Below, one piece after another: positions 1 to 9,781 of a stretch of DNA of 62,460 bases. Position numbers and translations under genes: made by a program. Position 1 is the stretch's first letter. Every line of letters starts with the position of its first letter. The notes under the pieces were generated by a model. The model searched no databases and was not told the origin of the DNA. It was given only the letters and a program-made list of their open reading frames with translations. Location of the stretch: positions 1 through 62,460 of IMG/VR virus record IMGVR_UViG_3300027852_000006. One strand, 5' to 3'. This DNA is from a virus (Duplodnaviria; Caudoviricetes).

Positions 1-119
1 CACAGATATATTTTGACTTGCTACATTCTCGGCAATGTTGAAAGCTAGCACGGACTTGCCCATGCTAGGGCGACCAGCGACAACGATCATCTCGCCAGAA
101 TGCAAGCCGCCGGTTATCT
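1..119. repeat. Exact terminal overlap with 62342-62460 (circular assembly overlap)
   Basis: cacagatatattttgacttg...cggttatct is identical at both ends; lies inside dnaB. Confidence 0.97.
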
Positions 120-678
120 CATCGAGGTCAACGAAGCCGGTTGGTAATCCGTCCGCTCCATGAGTTGTGCGCCGTTTGATGTTATCTACAACATCAGGGA
201 GTATCTGGCTAATGAGTTGTGGTTTATCAATGTTGTGCCGCTGTGCAATAGTAAGCAACATTGACTCCGCGTGAGAAGCAAACACCTCCGACGTAGCGTC
301 TGGCTGGTAGGCCAATTGAACCAGATTTGAACAGCTTGAGATGTAACTACGCAGCAGTGACTTTCCCTTGACAATCTTGGCGTAGTAGCTGACGTTGGAC
401 GCCGATGGAACGCTTTCACCGAGACGGACAAGGTAGTCGACCCCTCCGACTTCTTTGAGTTTGCCCATTCGTTGTAATTCATCCCGCAGCGTAACTAGGT
501 CGATCGGTGTATTCACCCTGTGTAGATTGATCATTGCAGTGTATACGAGCCGGTGGTCGGGGCGGTAGAAGTCGTCGGCTTTTATTACATCAACAAACCT
601 ATCCATGGCGGCGTTATTCAGTATCAGACTGCCTAACGTGCATTGCTCAGCTTCCAGTGATTGCGGCGGTATTCTCAT
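1..678 (-). CDS. dnaB: Replicative DNA helicase DnaB, N-terminal part (continues across the circular junction into 61721-62341; about 432 aa total)
   Basis: Manual translation from ATG at 678: MRIPPQSLEAEQCTLGSLIL...FYRPDHRLVY...PIDLVTLRDEL...VPSASNVSYYAKIV...GLPTGFVDLDEITGGLHSGEMIVVAGRPSMGKS; in frame with ORF 61721..62446; missing from the ORF track. Confidence 0.95.
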   Translation of the reverse strand, partial: MRIPPQSLEAEQCTLGSLILNNAAMDRFVDVIKADDFYRPDHRLVYTAMINLHRVNTPIDLVTLRDELQRMGKLKEVGGVDYLVRLGESVPSASNVSYYAKIVKGKSLLRSYISSCSNLVQLAYQPDATSEVFASHAESMLLTIAQRHNIDKPQLISQILPDVVDNIKRRTTHGADGLPTGFVDLDEITGGLHSGEMIVVAGRPSMGKSVLAFNIAENVASQNISV

Positions 679-710
679 GTTTTTTATTCTTGGGTTTGTG
701 GTTTTATTTC

Positions 711-1364
711 CTACATAGACAGAGTTAGAGGGTTAGTTTTGCAAAGCAGTTTTGATATGGCGTGCCCCATCCTTCTTTCTTCTGTTCCCGTTTTTTCAAG
801 ACCAATACCAGAAAACAGCCTAGCTGTTACGCCCGCCAGTGAATCAAGCGGAATGCGATATCCTCTGTGATGAAATTTTAACACTCTTAAAAGAGAGGCT
901 CCAACCTCTTCGATTTGTTCCGGATAACAATACGCCAGTCTTTTGGCGGCGAGGTCCTGATAAAATCTTTCACCGCAGAGGCTGTGCCAGTTATTTCTGC
1001 TAAACCAAACCATTGCCTTGACAATGGTAAAATCAAAAAACGGCAAGATATCCTCCGGTTTTTTGTATTTCTGTTGGTATATAAATTGAATAGGAAATTG
1101 CGACGCACCAAAGAGTATATATGTATAATCCGTTTCTGTAAGAAGGCATTTGTCGATTTTCGTCTCTAATTTTTCTGCTGCCTTTTTAGCAATATCTCTG
1201 GTTTTCGAGAATATATCAATATCGCTTGGTGTCTCCTTGACAATACACGATCGGATAAAATCGCCCGTCATTATTAAAGAACCACGAGATTCGACCAACA
1301 TGTCCTCCACTATTTTCGGCAATCTTCGCAGTACATATTGTAGGTCCTCTTGTAGTAGCTCCAT
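711..1364 (-). CDS. Pol-beta-superfamily nucleotidyltransferase-like protein (polyA/CCA head-like)
   Basis: GDFIRS..., PSDIDIF (DxD), FDFTI, FYQDLAAKRL, RVLKFHHRGY motifs. Confidence 0.6.
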   Translation of the reverse strand: MELLQEDLQYVLRRLPKIVEDMLVESRGSLIMTGDFIRSCIVKETPSDIDIFSKTRDIAKKAAEKLETKIDKCLLTETDYTYILFGASQFPIQFIYQQKYKKPEDILPFFDFTIVKAMVWFSRNNWHSLCGERFYQDLAAKRLAYCYPEQIEEVGASLLRVLKFHHRGYRIPLDSLAGVTARLFSGIGLEKTGTEERRMGHAISKLLCKTNPLTLSM

Positions 1365-1365
1365 T

Positions 1366-1680
1366 TCAGTAGTCCTTTCTCTGTGTTTTTTTGTTCATAG
1401 CCTTGTTGGCTTGGGTTATAGCCTTGTGGCATTTCGCCAGTGCCCGCTTGGTGCGTTTCTGGTAATAACGACTTTCTTTGGACGCACACAACGGCACGTC
1501 GCTGGCAGGGACTCTGCCAGCTAACGCACCGTTGCTATCGCAGCCATGAAGGGATGAGTGACCGCGATGGTTAAGACCGTCAAATTCAGCAATCAGACCG
1601 TCCACGACCTTTTTAATCATAATTAACATGTCAATCGGTAATTTTCGCAGCATATTTAGTATGTCTATGAAATCTGTCAT
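1366..1680 (-). CDS. Hypothetical protein
   Basis: ORF in co-directional early operon; probable start MTDFID overlapping the upstream stop. Confidence 0.55.
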   Translation of the reverse strand: MTDFIDILNMLRKLPIDMLIMIKKVVDGLIAEFDGLNHRGHSSLHGCDSNGALAGRVPASDVPLCASKESRYYQKRTKRALAKCHKAITQANKAMNKKTQRKDY

Positions 1681-2207
1681 ATCTTCTTTTCCTTGAGATT
1701 TCCGCAGACAAACCAATACTGACAGTCAGGCTTGATTTTTATTCCATTTATTTCGTCACCCACTTTCGCGCAGTGGACTTTTTCAATACTCCAATTGTTG
1801 TTTAGATATCGCCAGTCTACCAGAACTATCCAGCCCTTCTCGGCTCTGGCCCTAGATTTTATTCCTAGCGAGCAAGAGATCGAGTTATCGCCAAAAGTGC
1901 TAGTGTTAGAGTTGCGACCAGTGGCGATAGCGTGGGAATGATTCCTGATTGTCCTAGCGTTAGACTTGAGCCCATCAGTATGGGCGTTGGAATCATTTCC
2001 AGCGGTGTCAGCGGGGGAATAGTCTCCGGCTGCGTAGGCGTTGGACTTGTGCCCGGCGGTACTAGCGGCTGAATAACAGCCAATGGTACTAGAATGGGAA
2101 TTGTAATCAGCAGTAAAGACGGAGCTATTATCACTAATTGTACTTCGTCCTTGCACGCTTGCGTACCTTTTCATTGTCATTGTCCCTTCATGTTTGTTCT
2201 TCGTCAT
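1677..2207 (-). CDS. Ser/Gly repeat solenoid protein, paralog family B (copy 1)
   Basis: 11-aa repeats such as G(D/N)xSxAxTx, then SISCSLG.KSRARAEKGWIVLVDW...AKVG...IKPD..YWF. Confidence 0.7.
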   Translation of the reverse strand: MTKNKHEGTMTMKRYASVQGRSTISDNSSVFTADYNSHSSTIGCYSAASTAGHKSNAYAAGDYSPADTAGNDSNAHTDGLKSNARTIRNHSHAIATGRNSNTSTFGDNSISCSLGIKSRARAEKGWIVLVDWRYLNNNWSIEKVHCAKVGDEINGIKIKPDCQYWFVCGNLKEKKI

Positions 2208-2391
2208 TGTGGTTCATTTCCCGCAAACACTGCAAGCCCAACCCTATAAGATAATTAGTACGTGCGGTAATGGTTTTGTTTTCTGGTGGAAACCTTTCGC
2301 TTCTAATTTGTATCATGTATGCCTCGCGAATCATGATGGGCGATTTAGTCTCTCTTGGCCACTTTTTTCTTCCGCCCGTACTGGTTGTCAT
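2188..2391 (-). CDS. Hypothetical protein
   Basis: Short ORF overlapping neighbours by a few bases in the operon. Confidence 0.45.
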   Translation of the reverse strand: MTTSTGGRKKWPRETKSPIMIREAYMIQIRSERFPPENKTITARTNYLIGLGLQCLREMNHNDEEQT

Positions 2392-2687
2392 CGTTTTGTC
2401 CTTTCAGTAAGTTCACCGTTTACAAACCGATATCGGTAGCCTGGCTTGATTACTACACCGTTTACTTTGTCGCCCACTTTTGCTCGGTAGGAGCCGTGAA
2501 TCCGCCACATGCCTTTGAAGTAGGTCCAATCACCTATGTCAATCTGTTGATTGTAAGAGAACGAACCAAGCCCTTTGGCAGTCGTGTCAGAACTATGTAT
2601 AGTGGTTATGGCTGGGCTATCAGAACTATTCATAGCGGTAATGGCTGGCCTGTCAGGTTTGGTGGTGGTGGCTTCGTACGTTTTCAT
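2388..2687 (-). CDS. Truncated paralog of family B (copy 2)
   Basis: C-terminus RAKVGDKVNGVVIKPGYRYRFVNGEL matches 1677..2207. Confidence 0.65.
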   Translation of the reverse strand: MKTYEATTTKPDRPAITAMNSSDSPAITTIHSSDTTAKGLGSFSYNQQIDIGDWTYFKGMWRIHGSYRAKVGDKVNGVVIKPGYRYRFVNGELTERTKR

Positions 2688-2738
2688 TTTATTGTCCTTC
2701 CAAGAAACACTTTAACATTAACACTTGCTGTTGTGCTC

Positions 2739-3134
2739 TCAAAAAGGGATTTCATCTCGCGGCGGCCCATCATCTGATGAACTAGCACCAGAATCTTGCT
2801 CTTGTTTCTTTGGCATAAGCTGGAAGCCGTTGATACGAATTGTATGCTTATTTCGCTCGCGGCCTTCTTTGTCTTCCCATTTTTCAAGGCGTAGTTCACC
2901 TTCAATTAGCAATAGATCGCCCTTGCCCACATACTTGTCAATTGTTTCGGCTTGCTTACCGAATGCTTTCACGTCGATGAAACATGTGTCGTCTACTTCT
3001 GTGCCATCTTTTTTTGTGTATCTTTTGTTGACTGCCATGCCAAAATTAACAACCGGCATTTGGCTTGGCAGATGCTTTAAGCTGGGGGTACGTGTTAGGC
3101 GGCCTAATAGTATCACTTTGTTGTAGTTTGACAT
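2739..3134 (-). CDS. ssb: Single-stranded DNA-binding protein
   Basis: NKVILLGRLTR...AFGKQAE...IEGEL; acidic tail ending DEIPF. Confidence 0.95.
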   Translation of the reverse strand: MSNYNKVILLGRLTRTPSLKHLPSQMPVVNFGMAVNKRYTKKDGTEVDDTCFIDVKAFGKQAETIDKYVGKGDLLLIEGELRLEKWEDKEGRERNKHTIRINGFQLMPKKQEQDSGASSSDDGPPRDEIPF

Positions 3135-3475
3135 TGTTTTTTCCTTTCAGTTTTATATTTTTCTTCATTGCGTAGTTTTTCAAAAAAAGTATTTACGTCC
3201 GCAAGGCAACCAGCAGACCATACCGTGTGTGGTTGTGGGCTTAATACATACTGTCGCCAATGACTATCATACTCAATTATACCTATTAGATTGCCGGATT
3301 TAGTGACTAGATCAAAGCGACACTTTGATACCGGGTCCTTGAAAACCGTAAAAAACTTATATTTGGCACAAGCAGGATTATGTTCCTCGCATATATTGCG
3401 GGCATGTTGTTCCTTCCAATCTGGCGATGTTATTTGGGGGACTGTCCCGCCATTTTTGTAATCGTAACACTTCAT
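3113..3475 (-). CDS. Hypothetical phage protein
   Basis: Operonic ORF with IEYDSHWRQYVLSP..TVWSAGCL motif. Confidence 0.6.
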   Translation of the reverse strand: MKCYDYKNGGTVPQITSPDWKEQHARNICEEHNPACAKYKFFTVFKDPVSKCRFDLVTKSGNLIGIIEYDSHWRQYVLSPQPHTVWSAGCLADVNTFFEKLRNEEKYKTERKKQCQTTTK

Positions 3476-3897
3476 GTTTTGTCTCCTGATTTTTTTTGGT
3501 TAATTTTCCAATTTGGATCAGGTGGCAACACTGGACACTCAATAGACTCCATGTAATCAAATATATTCTCCATCCATTCGGTTGTCTGTTTGACCGTCAA
3601 TGTTGATTTGCTCAAGATGTGAAGTTCACCGCTGATCTCTTTGATAAATAAATGTCCTGCACATTCCTTTTTAAGTGTGTTTTCAGCATCCAACTTGCTG
3701 CATCCCTTGTGCTTAGCCAATAGAGCTATGGGGCCTTTGTTACAGTGGAGCCATGCCTTCTGTTGCAATGAAATTTCCCGGTTCTCATCGAGTTTGCGGA
3801 CCTCAATAACAAAGTGTCCATACTTGACGCAGGCGTCCTGTATTTTATCCCATCTTGCTGCTGGCTGGCCGTCGATTGTTTTGCCACGGAATATCAC
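3472..3897 (-). CDS. NinB/Orf-like recombination-associated protein
   Basis: ISLQQKAWLH...SKSTLTVKQTTEWMENI...LPPD pattern; next to ssb. Confidence 0.55.
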   Translation of the reverse strand: MIFRGKTIDGQPAARWDKIQDACVKYGHFVIEVRKLDENREISLQQKAWLHCNKGPIALLAKHKGCSKLDAENTLKKECAGHLFIKEISGELHILSKSTLTVKQTTEWMENIFDYMESIECPVLPPDPNWKINQKKSGDKT

Positions 3898-4103
3898 TGG
3901 TTATCTACCTCGCGGCGATACTTAGCATTGACAGCATCTAGTATCTCCTGGTCATGGGCGTCAGAACCTATCTCTTGCCCACAGTTAATACATAGCTCCA
4001 CCGTAACTGGTACGGTGATTTCACGGCCATGCACAGTATAGGTTTCTTGCGTGTTGCTGATTTGTACAGCATGGTAACCTTCGCAATTGGGACAAAACTT
4101 CAT
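3894..4103 (-). CDS. MqsA/YgiT-type zinc-finger protein (no HTH)
   Basis: MKFCPNC...ETYTVHGREITV...CINCGQEI; ATGA overlap start at 4103. Confidence 0.7.
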   Translation of the reverse strand: MKFCPNCEGYHAVQISNTQETYTVHGREITVPVTVELCINCGQEIGSDAHDQEILDAVNAKYRREVDNQ

Positions 4104-4993
4104 GTCTTGCTTTCTTTTGATAAGTTTTTGTCCGTTTCGATGAGGTGTCCGCAAGCAACATTGCCGTTAATGAGACGACTGCAAATGATTTTCTCATCTT
4201 CATCGCTAATATCTCTCCAATCGCAAATCCCTGCGAAAATCCTCAATCCAACGTCTAACGTGGATTTACAAATAATTTGTGAACCACAGACGATGCTTCT
4301 GTCTGCTTTAATGATTCTGCCTGACTCAATGCTTCCGCCTGCTTTAATATATCCGCCTGATTTAATCAATGCTCCTGTAAGGCTTCCGCCTATCGTAATG
4401 TTCCCGTTAGACTCAATGATATTGTCTGCTTCAACATTCCCGCTAGATTCAATATTTTCGCCAGATTTAATACATGCGGCTGCTTCAATGTCTCCACCTG
4501 CTTTAATGCTTTCGCCTGATTGGATTGCCCAGCCAGATTTAATACTCCCGCCTGATTTAATACTTTCATCTGTTTCAACGTCTCCACCTGCTTTAATGTC
4601 TTTGCCTGTTTTAATTGCCCAGCCAGACTTGATGCTTCCGCCGGATTTAATACTTATGACTGCTTCAATGCTTCCGCCTATTGCAATGCTTCCGCGTGCT
4701 TTAATGTTTCCTCCTGCTTTGATACTTCCGCTTGTGTCAATGTCACAGAGTGCTACAATATCTTCGCTTGCTTCAATGCTTCCATCTACGTCAATGTCTC
4801 CGTCAGATTTAATGGTTCCGTTAGCTTTAATTCCTTGGTTAGATATAATGTCCCCGTCGGATATAAGGTTACCGTCGACATACAGTGGCTTGCTAAGTTT
4901 GATATGTATTGGCCCATATTCTTCGACCGAATCCTCAATCCTATATTCATATTTAACATTAACTAGTCCTTCAAATGTTTTGTCAATTATCAT
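4100..4993 (-). CDS. Beta-helical hexapeptide-repeat protein, family A (copy 1)
   Basis: MIIDKT...KPLYV N-cap, (I/V)x(A/S)GG(S/D) repeats, IICKS.L..G..IFAG C-cap. Confidence 0.85.
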   Translation of the reverse strand: MIIDKTFEGLVNVKYEYRIEDSVEEYGPIHIKLSKPLYVDGNLISDGDIISNQGIKANGTIKSDGDIDVDGSIEASEDIVALCDIDTSGSIKAGGNIKARGSIAIGGSIEAVISIKSGGSIKSGWAIKTGKDIKAGGDVETDESIKSGGSIKSGWAIQSGESIKAGGDIEAAACIKSGENIESSGNVEADNIIESNGNITIGGSLTGALIKSGGYIKAGGSIESGRIIKADRSIVCGSQIICKSTLDVGLRIFAGICDWRDISDEDEKIICSRLINGNVACGHLIETDKNLSKESKT

Positions 4994-5014
4994 GATACGC
5001 TCCTTTCGATTAGG

Positions 5015-6211
5015 CTAGTCCCTCCATGTCTCACCTGTTTCAGTGAGTTCTCCACAAATAATTTCCCCAAAAACGTGTTCACCGCAAATGATATTCTTTT
5101 CGTCTTTACTAACACTTTTGCGACGGCATCCCCCAGCAAAAATCTTTGTTTTAGCATTCAACTGGTATTTACAAATAATCTTACAACCACAGATAATACT
5201 TTTGCCTGAGTGAATATCTTCGCCCGACTCAATGTTTCCGCCCGCTTCAATATTCCAGTCAGATTCAATGTCCCCGCCGGATTTAATGTTCCCGTTTACT
5301 TCAATCTCCTCGTGGGATTTAATTCTCCCTCCAGATTCAATGTTTTTGTCGGTTTTAGTGCTTCCTTCTACTTCAATACATCCGCCTGCTTCAATACATC
5401 CACCTGCTTTAAGGTCTTTGCCGACTTTAATGTCACAGTCTGTCTTGATACCTCCACCTATTTCAATAAATTCACCAGCTTCAATTTTTTTTTTGGCTTT
5501 GACGCTGGACGCTTTGATATCTTCTTTTGCTTTAATGCACCCGCCGGATTCAATACTACCGGCTGCTTCAACGTCCACTTCTGCTTCAATGTCTCCGCCG
5601 GATATAATGCTTCCATCACGTGCAGTAATATGTTCGTCAACTTTAATATTTCCACCTGCTTTAATGTTGTATTCACAGTCAATGCAACCGTCACTGGATT
5701 GAATGTCCTTGGTTGCTTCAATGTTGTCGTAGGAAACAATGCTTCCGACAGATTCAATACTTCCCCCTGCTTTGATGTCGCCTGATTCAATTTCCCCGCC
5801 GCATTCAATGTTTCCGGCTGCTTCGATGTCCCCGTGCGTTTGCGATATAATGTCTCCGCCGGATATAATACTTCCGCCTGATTTAATGTCTCCGCCAGGT
5901 CTAATACCTTCGCCAGATTCAATATTTCCACCTGCTTCAATGTCTCCGCCAGTGTTAAAGTCTCCGCCAGATTTAATGGTTTTGTTTGCCCTAATGTTTC
6001 CATGACATATAATGTCTTTATCAGATGCAATGTCTCCGTCAGACGCAATGTATCCGTCAGATTTAATGTCTCCGTAGGATTTAATGTCCCCGCGGACATA
6101 CAACGGTTTATCAAGTTCAATATGTAGCGATTTGTTCGTTTTGATCGAACCCTTGATTTCATACGCCTGCCCAGTGTCAACTAGTTTTTTGTACGTTTTG
6201 TCAATCTTCAT
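5015..6211 (-). CDS. Beta-helical hexapeptide-repeat protein, family A (copy 2, longest)
   Basis: Start MKIDKT at 6211; same caps and repeats. Confidence 0.85.
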   Translation of the reverse strand: MKIDKTYKKLVDTGQAYEIKGSIKTNKSLHIELDKPLYVRGDIKSYGDIKSDGYIASDGDIASDKDIICHGNIRANKTIKSGGDFNTGGDIEAGGNIESGEGIRPGGDIKSGGSIISGGDIISQTHGDIEAAGNIECGGEIESGDIKAGGSIESVGSIVSYDNIEATKDIQSSDGCIDCEYNIKAGGNIKVDEHITARDGSIISGGDIEAEVDVEAAGSIESGGCIKAKEDIKASSVKAKKKIEAGEFIEIGGGIKTDCDIKVGKDLKAGGCIEAGGCIEVEGSTKTDKNIESGGRIKSHEEIEVNGNIKSGGDIESDWNIEAGGNIESGEDIHSGKSIICGCKIICKYQLNAKTKIFAGGCRRKSVSKDEKNIICGEHVFGEIICGELTETGETWRD

Positions 6212-6222
6212 AATACGTCCCT

Positions 6223-6744
6223 TTAATTGTTTTCGTCCGTTTCGATAAGGTGCCCGTAAGCAACTTCCCCGATAATGAGTTGGCTGCAAATGATTTCCTT
6301 ATCTTTGTCATCAACTTTTTTCTGGCCACAGTAAACCCCAGCGAAGATTCTCAATTTAGCATACAATGCGGCCTTACAAATAATAGTACAACCACAGATG
6401 ATGCTTTTGTCTGATTGAATGTTTCCGCCGGATTTAATGTCTAAGTCTGCTATAATATGCCCGCCAGATAAAATACCTTCGCCTATTACAATGTTTCCGC
6501 CGGATTTAATGTCTCCGTAGGATATAATGCCACCTTTCGTTTTAATGTCCCAGCCGGATTCAATACACCCACCAGACTGAATACTTTCGGTTGATATAAG
6601 CTCTCCGCCGGATTTGATGTCTCTACAGACATACAACGGTTTGTCGAGATTGATATGTAGTGATTCGTCTGTTTCGATCGAGCCCCTAATCTTATACCTA
6701 TGTCTAATATCAATTAGCCCTTCATACGTTTTGTCAATTATCAT
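6223..6744 (-). CDS. Beta-helical hexapeptide-repeat protein, family A (copy 3)
   Basis: Same caps, fewer repeats. Confidence 0.85.
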   Translation of the reverse strand: MIIDKTYEGLIDIRHRYKIRGSIETDESLHINLDKPLYVCRDIKSGGELISTESIQSGGCIESGWDIKTKGGIISYGDIKSGGNIVIGEGILSGGHIIADLDIKSGGNIQSDKSIICGCTIICKAALYAKLRIFAGVYCGQKKVDDKDKEIICSQLIIGEVAYGHLIETDENN

Positions 6745-6756
6745 GATACATCCCTT

Positions 6757-6969
6757 TCAATCTTCGTCCTCGAATTTAACGTTCTCGCAGAACTGTGTCA
6801 GCAGTCGCAGATTTGGTACAACCAGGTCTTCGATGATTTTATCGTTGGCCGGATGATCTTTAAGCCCGTGCACGGCATTTCTTAAAAATCTTATACGTAG
6901 CGTTACATCCTTCTCTATCTGTCCCCAGATAGTGTCCATGTATCGTGAATCGTTCTTTTTTTTACTCAT
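6757..6969 (-). CDS. Hypothetical protein
   Basis: Operonic ORF with RBS. Confidence 0.6.
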   Translation of the reverse strand: MSKKKNDSRYMDTIWGQIEKDVTLRIRFLRNAVHGLKDHPANDKIIEDLVVPNLRLLTQFCENVKFEDED

Positions 6970-6990
6970 ATAGTTGCTGTCCTTAAACTC

Positions 6991-7299
6991 CTAATCTTCC
7001 ATCTCAGGGTCGGTATAGTATTTCCGAGCAGTCTCAACCACCCAATTCCAGACAACCATACCTTCCGTCTCCAGTTCGCTTACGGTTACTAACTCGTTAA
7101 GTTTTTCGGGAGTAAAGTCCCTCATAAGCTGCCCAACGGCAAAATTAAAAAACGGTGAGGCGAATGCCTTGGTCCCGCTAAAATCTAGTTGAACATGTTC
7201 GCCTTTTTTTAACGGGCCGGATATTTCGTCAAAAACTTTCTGTCCATCTTCATGTGTAAGACAGAGCGGCCCGACGAGTTTTGCAATTTCCAGTTTCAT
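6991..7299 (-). CDS. STAS-like domain protein (DUF4325-like)
   Basis: CLTHEDGQKVF...VQLDFSGTKAFASPFFNFAVGQL. Confidence 0.75.
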   Translation of the reverse strand: MKLEIAKLVGPLCLTHEDGQKVFDEISGPLKKGEHVQLDFSGTKAFASPFFNFAVGQLMRDFTPEKLNELVTVSELETEGMVVWNWVVETARKYYTDPEMED

Positions 7300-7314
7300 T
7301 TTATCAAATTCCTT

Positions 7315-7542
7315 TTACACTCTCTTGTTCCAGTGTTCAGCAACTACATTTTCCAGCCAAGAAAACCCACATCCCAGATGTTTCAGGGATGAAACTGCCC
7401 TTTCAACTCTACATTTAGGACATTTAATTCTAACTGTCCGTTTTTTTGTGTGGTCGTTTCCTTGGTATTTTAGGTTCGGTTGTGATCCACAAAAGGGGCA
7501 GTCGAGTAATTCGAGATTTTTAGTCCCATCCCAATTATTCAT
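7315..7542 (-). CDS. Lar-family restriction alleviation zinc-finger protein
   Basis: LLDCPFCG...CPKC...WNKR. Confidence 0.7.
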   Translation of the reverse strand: MNNWDGTKNLELLDCPFCGSQPNLKYQGNDHTKKRTVRIKCPKCRVERAVSSLKHLGCGFSWLENVVAEHWNKRV

Positions 7543-7577
7543 TTTTTATTCTCCCAGACTGTCGTGTAACTCCGTCA

Positions 7578-8540
7578 TCAAGAGCACATTATCGTTTTTC
7601 GCCATTCCAATCGCTCACTAGCATCTTTTGCCGGTTGGGCTTTGAAATGCTTTTCGATCTGTTTCCAAGTAACAATCCATCTACCACAAGCTGTGTCTTG
7701 ACCCCGCACCAACAGTGAATCTCTTACCGCAGTTAGCTTTTTATATTCTTTAGCCGTCGGCTCCAGGTCCGCTATCTGATCTAATACAGCTTCTAATTCC
7801 CCATCGTCGCTGATTTTCAAATTCCCACCAGTCGAGTATTTCGGGCAGCAATGAGAAAAGAATTTGCATTGTGGGCATTCTTTGGGATCGTTAATCCCCT
7901 CCGGTGGAATTTCGTTTGCGATAGCTTGGTTAATTGTTTGGGCTTTTTTCAATAATTCCTCGCAATACTCCATGTCGATCGGGAAATCGATCATCTTCAT
8001 GTCATATAGATTCGTTTTGTTGACGCACAAAATAAAGCATTGTTCCAGGTTATGGGCCAGAGCATAAAGCATCAATTGCCCGCGGTAGCGTCGTGTCCAT
8101 GAGTACCTTGACAGACTGTCATAGCCAGTGATCTGAGGATAGATATTTGGACTCATTGTCTTAATGTCTATAACGCCCATCGTCTCCCATTTGCCTGCCG
8201 TCTCTGTTTGCAGGAACCCATCGATTGTCCCTGAAATTTGGTAGTCTTTTAATAGTTTGTCGTTGGTGGTTGTTTGTGTGCCAACGATACGAAATCTTGG
8301 TTCAGTCGCATATCCAACTTCTGAAACAATCCGCTCTATAACAGGCTCTAATATGTTGCCAGTCTCAAATATGCCTTGCAGCTTGTCGTCGGTCTCTGTC
8401 GCCTTGTTCCAGTCATGCCGGGCGAGATATAGCCGTCTAAGACACGGATCATCTAACGAGCTAATCCGGTTTACATGCTGTGGGAATGTTTTCTTTTTGC
8501 TTTGCAGTACAGAACTAAGTCCGTCGCTAATATCAATCAT
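7578..8540 (-). CDS. Cas4/AddB-like PD-(D/E)xK exonuclease with Fe-S cysteines
   Basis: CLRRLY, GTIDG, IDIKT, GQLMLY, CPQCKFFSHC. Confidence 0.8.
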   Translation of the reverse strand: MIDISDGLSSVLQSKKKTFPQHVNRISSLDDPCLRRLYLARHDWNKATETDDKLQGIFETGNILEPVIERIVSEVGYATEPRFRIVGTQTTTNDKLLKDYQISGTIDGFLQTETAGKWETMGVIDIKTMSPNIYPQITGYDSLSRYSWTRRYRGQLMLYALAHNLEQCFILCVNKTNLYDMKMIDFPIDMEYCEELLKKAQTINQAIANEIPPEGINDPKECPQCKFFSHCCPKYSTGGNLKISDDGELEAVLDQIADLEPTAKEYKKLTAVRDSLLVRGQDTACGRWIVTWKQIEKHFKAQPAKDASERLEWRKTIMCS

Positions 8541-9483
8541 TTTGGTTACTCCTAGTCATAAGTTTTTTGGCTTTTTCCAAAGTGATTTCGAGCCGCTTGC
8601 CCTTAAGTTGGCTTGCAAGTAAACCGGACACTGTTTCCCCCTTTTTATTAGTGAATGACGACAGGGCTGTGCATATTCCCTTCGCTACTTCCAACGTTTC
8701 TCTGCCATCATTTACTAATAGCTCTCCCAGTTCCCACCCGTCTGGCGTTTGTGTAACAGTCTGGCCAGCGTTGGCAATTTCTATGCAAATCTCACCAAGT
8801 TCTTTTTGCAATTGCCTGTCGTCATTCGAGGTGCCTCCCTTTGTGCCTTTGGCGTATTGGACTTTCCCCGCTTTGCTACTATCTTCGCCAGTGGCGCCCA
8901 TAATGTCTTGGAACCGTCCAATGGGTATCCCTCGCAACCCCAGCAAAGCCTTAATAGCGTTACCTATGAATATGTGGTATGCGGCGTTGCGGATATGGTT
9001 TTCGTTGAGGTCCTCTACCGGTCGCCATTTTTTATTGGCCCAGCCCAAAAATTTCTCCCTGGTAGAGTACACTCCTTGTGCATAGACCACGCGACCACTC
9101 ATTGCAGCTTTACCGTCAAAAACATATCTATAGCTTTTGCCCTCTGCGTCGGTGAACTCCTCTCGCTTGCTTTCCACATCATAAAACTGTATGTCAAATA
9201 ATCGAGCGACCCGCTCGGCACCAGCACTCGACAGACACATCGTGCCGTCAAATTCCTTCCAATCTTCTGCGAAAGTCTGTGTTACCAGTATGGTGTTTAT
9301 GGCCTTACGGAATCGCGGGGCAAGATCGGCCTTACGCTCCAACAGTGCAAGCTGTGTGTCTGGGTCTCCTTCATTAAGGACTTGGGCCAATTCCATACTT
9401 GGGTTTTCAGCCGGTGTGACCTCTGAGTTGATTACAGGGTCATTGATGACAGCAGGTTCTTTTTCAGTATTATTGTTATTCAT
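8533..9483 (-). CDS. Hypothetical protein, possible single-strand annealing recombinase
   Basis: 316 aa, translationally coupled upstream of the exonuclease; function inferred from position only. Confidence 0.45.
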   Translation of the reverse strand: MNNNNTEKEPAVINDPVINSEVTPAENPSMELAQVLNEGDPDTQLALLERKADLAPRFRKAINTILVTQTFAEDWKEFDGTMCLSSAGAERVARLFDIQFYDVESKREEFTDAEGKSYRYVFDGKAAMSGRVVYAQGVYSTREKFLGWANKKWRPVEDLNENHIRNAAYHIFIGNAIKALLGLRGIPIGRFQDIMGATGEDSSKAGKVQYAKGTKGGTSNDDRQLQKELGEICIEIANAGQTVTQTPDGWELGELLVNDGRETLEVAKGICTALSSFTNKKGETVSGLLASQLKGKRLEITLEKAKKLMTRSNQND

Positions 9484-9498
9484 TTTTACCCTCAGATA

Positions 9499-9777
9499 TT
9501 AAGATTGTGTCTTGTTGTTTTCGCCGCAGGTATAACACATATTCCATCCACCTATTCCAATGCCTAGTCCCCCGCCGACCTCTTTAGCAGTCTCAAAGCA
9601 CGCTTCGCAAAAAACTTTTTCACACCAGTCGCAAAGGCATGAGTGTTCATCACACATTATCTGGCCACAGTCACAGGTAAGCGTATCCATGGTCTCACCG
9701 CAGACATAACATCCCTGTGGTTCCGGTCGATAACATTTTCCGCAACACTTGCCAGTTTCATGTAGTTCGTCGCACAT
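9499..9777 (-). CDS. Cysteine-rich zinc-binding protein
   Basis: Multiple CxxC pairs. Confidence 0.6.
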   Translation of the reverse strand: MCDELHETGKCCGKCYRPEPQGCYVCGETMDTLTCDCGQIMCDEHSCLCDWCEKVFCEACFETAKEVGGGLGIGIGGWNMCYTCGENNKTQS

Positions 9778-9781
9778 AGTT

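Noticed and set aside
186-870. ORF-track calls 186-482, 534-728 and 661-870
   Set aside because: They overlap the real dnaB N-terminal frame or its neighbour
4029-6005. Long + strand PPALM/PPDLI ORFs (also 13518-14617)
   Set aside because: Antisense shadows of the hexapeptide-repeat genes
7578-8540. CRISPR-Cas locus suggested by the Cas4-like nuclease
   Set aside because: No repeat-spacer array or other cas genes; context is a recombination module
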